Positions 62,384 to 64,000 of a stretch of DNA of 64,000 bases are shown in pieces. A program made the position numbers and the translations under genes. How positions within the stretch are numbered: position 1 is the stretch's first letter; the number at the start of each line of letters is the position of its first letter. The DNA is from Candidatus Margulisiibacteriota bacterium (GTDB taxonomy: Bacteria; Margulisbacteria; WOR-1; O2-12-FULL-45-9; XYB2-FULL-48-7): assembly GCA_018822365.1 (NCBI GenBank), contig JAHJKL010000052.1, forward strand, positions 104 through 64,103, read 5' to 3'. The notes under the pieces were generated by a model, which saw nothing but the letters and a program-made list of their open reading frames with translations, searched no databases and had not been told where the DNA came from.

Positions 62384-63261
62384 TTCTTTTTATTCCTCTT
62401 TTTATTACGGTTCATGAAAAAGTCGGCGATCAGGTTAATAATAAAACTTATCACAAAAAGGACGATCCCGATCGCGAACAGCGCGAAATAATGCTCGCTA
62501 CCGGAAACAGCCTCCCCCATCTCGGCGGCAATCGTCGCGGTCAGGGTTCTGACCGGCTGGAGAATACTGGTCGGAATAACCGCCGCGTTCCCGGTGATCA
62601 TTAGGACCGCCATTGTTTCGCCGACCACCCGCCCGATCCCAAGCATGATCGCCGCCAGGATCCCTGACGAAGCGGCCGGAAGGATCACCCGGTAGATCGT
62701 CTGCCAGCGGGTCGCCCCGAGCGCCAGCGACCCTTCACGGTAACTGCGCGGGACCGAATTGATCGAGTCCTCGATGATCGAAACGATGGTCGGCATCGCC
62801 ATAAAAGCGAGCATGATGGAACCGGCCAGAGCGGTCAAACCGCTGGGTAAATTAAAAACATTTTTCAAGAACGGGGCCAGGGTCGCGATCCCGATAAAAC
62901 CAAGGACAATGCTGGGGATCGCCGCGAGAAGCTCTATCCCGGACTTTAATATTTCACTCAGCCATTTTGGCGCTACTTCAGCAATGTAAAGGGCAGAGGC
63001 GATCCCCAGCGGCACGGCGATCACCACCGCCCCCAATGTTACCAGCAGAGAACCAAGGATCAGGGGCAAGATGCCAAACTGCGGCGGGTTCGAGATCGGA
63101 TACCACTTGGTGCCGAACAAAAAAGAAAAAACATTGACCGAAGCAAAAAGGGACAATCCTTCCTTCAACAAGAAAAAGAAGATCAGCAGGACAAAAACGA
63201 TCGAGGCGATCCCCGACAGGAAGATCAGTTTCTCGATCAGTTGTTCAGCGATCTTTTTCAT
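62380..63261 (-). CDS. pstC: phosphate ABC transporter permease PstC
   Basis: A polytopic membrane protein with IIEDSINSVPRSYREGSLALGATRWQTI. Confidence 0.9.
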   Translation of the reverse strand: MKKIAEQLIEKLIFLSGIASIVFVLLIFFFLLKEGLSLFASVNVFSFLFGTKWYPISNPPQFGILPLILGSLLVTLGAVVIAVPLGIASALYIAEVAPKWLSEILKSGIELLAAIPSIVLGFIGIATLAPFLKNVFNLPSGLTALAGSIMLAFMAMPTIVSIIEDSINSVPRSYREGSLALGATRWQTIYRVILPAASSGILAAIMLGIGRVVGETMAVLMITGNAAVIPTSILQPVRTLTATIAAEMGEAVSGSEHYFALFAIGIVLFVISFIINLIADFFMNRNKKRNKKK

Positions 63262-64000
63262 TTTATAGGAACAAAATCCATTTTCAAGACGATCTTTTGG
63301 CCTTCGGCGCTCAAAACAAAATCAACGAAAGACTTAACTTCGCCAACAGGATCGCCGTTGGTATAAAATTGCAGTGAACGGGCGATCGGGTATTCTTTTG
63401 AGGTCACGGTTTTAATGGATGGCATGACATATGAGGTTCCGCTGCCGGCAGAAACCGCCAGCGCCTTTTCCCTGGATGACAAATAACCCAGGCCAATATA
63501 GCCGATGGCCGACCGGTTAGCAACCACTTCTTCGACGATCGCCTGGTTGGATGGCATCATTAAGACCGATGGGGCAAACTCATTGGTGTTCTTGGGATCC
63601 CCCATTTTCACGACATGTTCAGAAAAGAAGACATGAGTGCCGGAGTTTCGGTCCCTTGACAACACGACAATATTCTCGTCTTTGCCGCCTACCTCTTTCC
63701 AGTTTTTTATCTTGCCGGAATAAATATCGGACAATTGCTTTACATTCAACCGGTTAACCTGATTTGCCGGATTAACAATGATCGTGATCCCGTCATTGGC
63801 CACCCGGATCTCATTGGGCTGAACCCCCCGTTTTTTGGCCAGAGCGATCTCTTTTGGCTCCATATCGCGCGACGTTTCCGCAATATCGGTCGTTCCGTTG
63901 ATCAGCGAAGCGATCCCTACCCCTGATCCTCCCCCGGTGACCGCAACCGATAAACCAGGGTTTACTTTCATAAACTCTTCGGCCCAAGCCTGTCCCAAGT
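63258..64000 (-). CDS. pstS: phosphate-binding protein PstS (C-terminal part; N-terminus beyond the window end)
   Basis: VAVTGGGSGVGIASLINGTTDIAETSRDM is a PstS/PBP-type signature. The ORF is open to the window edge. Confidence 0.88.
   Translation of the reverse strand, partial: LGQAWAEEFMKVNPGLSVAVTGGGSGVGIASLINGTTDIAETSRDMEPKEIALAKKRGVQPNEIRVANDGITIIVNPANQVNRLNVKQLSDIYSGKIKNWKEVGGKDENIVVLSRDRNSGTHVFFSEHVVKMGDPKNTNEFAPSVLMMPSNQAIVEEVVANRSAIGYIGLGYLSSREKALAVSAGSGTSYVMPSIKTVTSKEYPIARSLQFYTNGDPVGEVKSFVDFVLSAEGQKIVLKMDFVPIK

Overview
This is a gene-dense 64 kb chromosomal segment of roughly 50% GC, judged by eye. The gene content points to an anaerobic (desulfoferrodoxin, rubredoxin, flavodiiron protein), flagellated and probably diderm bacterium; I cannot assign a lineage without a database search. 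I call about 72 protein genes, 7 tRNAs and a set of sigma70-type promoters and hairpins. All protein calls rest on motifs I recognise in the translations, not on searches. Order along the window: carB, a Bro-N/DinD-like insert, carA, an RRM RNA-binding protein, two coupled unknown genes, an orphan PAS histidine kinase, a DUF2207-like membrane protein, ispE-rpsT, accD-accA followed by two tRNA-Leu, rho, murF followed by tRNA-Leu, and a condensed flagellar export/switch cluster (fliK, flgE-like, fliMNOPQR, flhBA, a 69-aa ORF, fliA-like sigma). Then come a PAS / histidine kinase / response regulator operon, a tRNA Val-Cys-Gly cluster with unusual flanking repeats, gap-pgk-tRNA-Ala-secG, a mosaic operon (SEDS protein, trpE, ispA, hisF, MGMT-like gene), a PHP phosphoesterase, a 799-aa HD-domain protein of unknown function, yebC, and a secreted HEIGH protein. 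The last 20 kb is one co-directional block: pstSCA, two pstB, phoU, dfx, rubredoxin, fprA, sixA, a tandem-domain thyX-like gene and a non-classical GH57-based glycogen operon. I found no CRISPR array, transposase, integrase, reverse transcriptase or recognisable defence system. The observations I rate highest: (1) the glycogen operon has three GH57 genes, DUF4912, a stand-alone CBM48 protein, a GalT-like HIT enzyme and a nucleotidyltransferase fused to a phosphohexomutase-like domain whose catalytic motifs look degenerate; (2) the two tandem PstB paralogs carry complementary motif losses that predict one degenerate ATP site; (3) -10 promoter elements (several of them extended TGn -10 boxes) lie 5-10 nt from start codons, implying leaderless mRNAs; (4) a 15-bp perfect inverted repeat and conserved trailer repeats bracket tRNA-Cys, and a split duplicate of the tRNA-Val 3' end lies next to tRNA-Val; (5) a low-GC single-gene cassette sits between carA and carB, flanked by 11-nt direct repeats.
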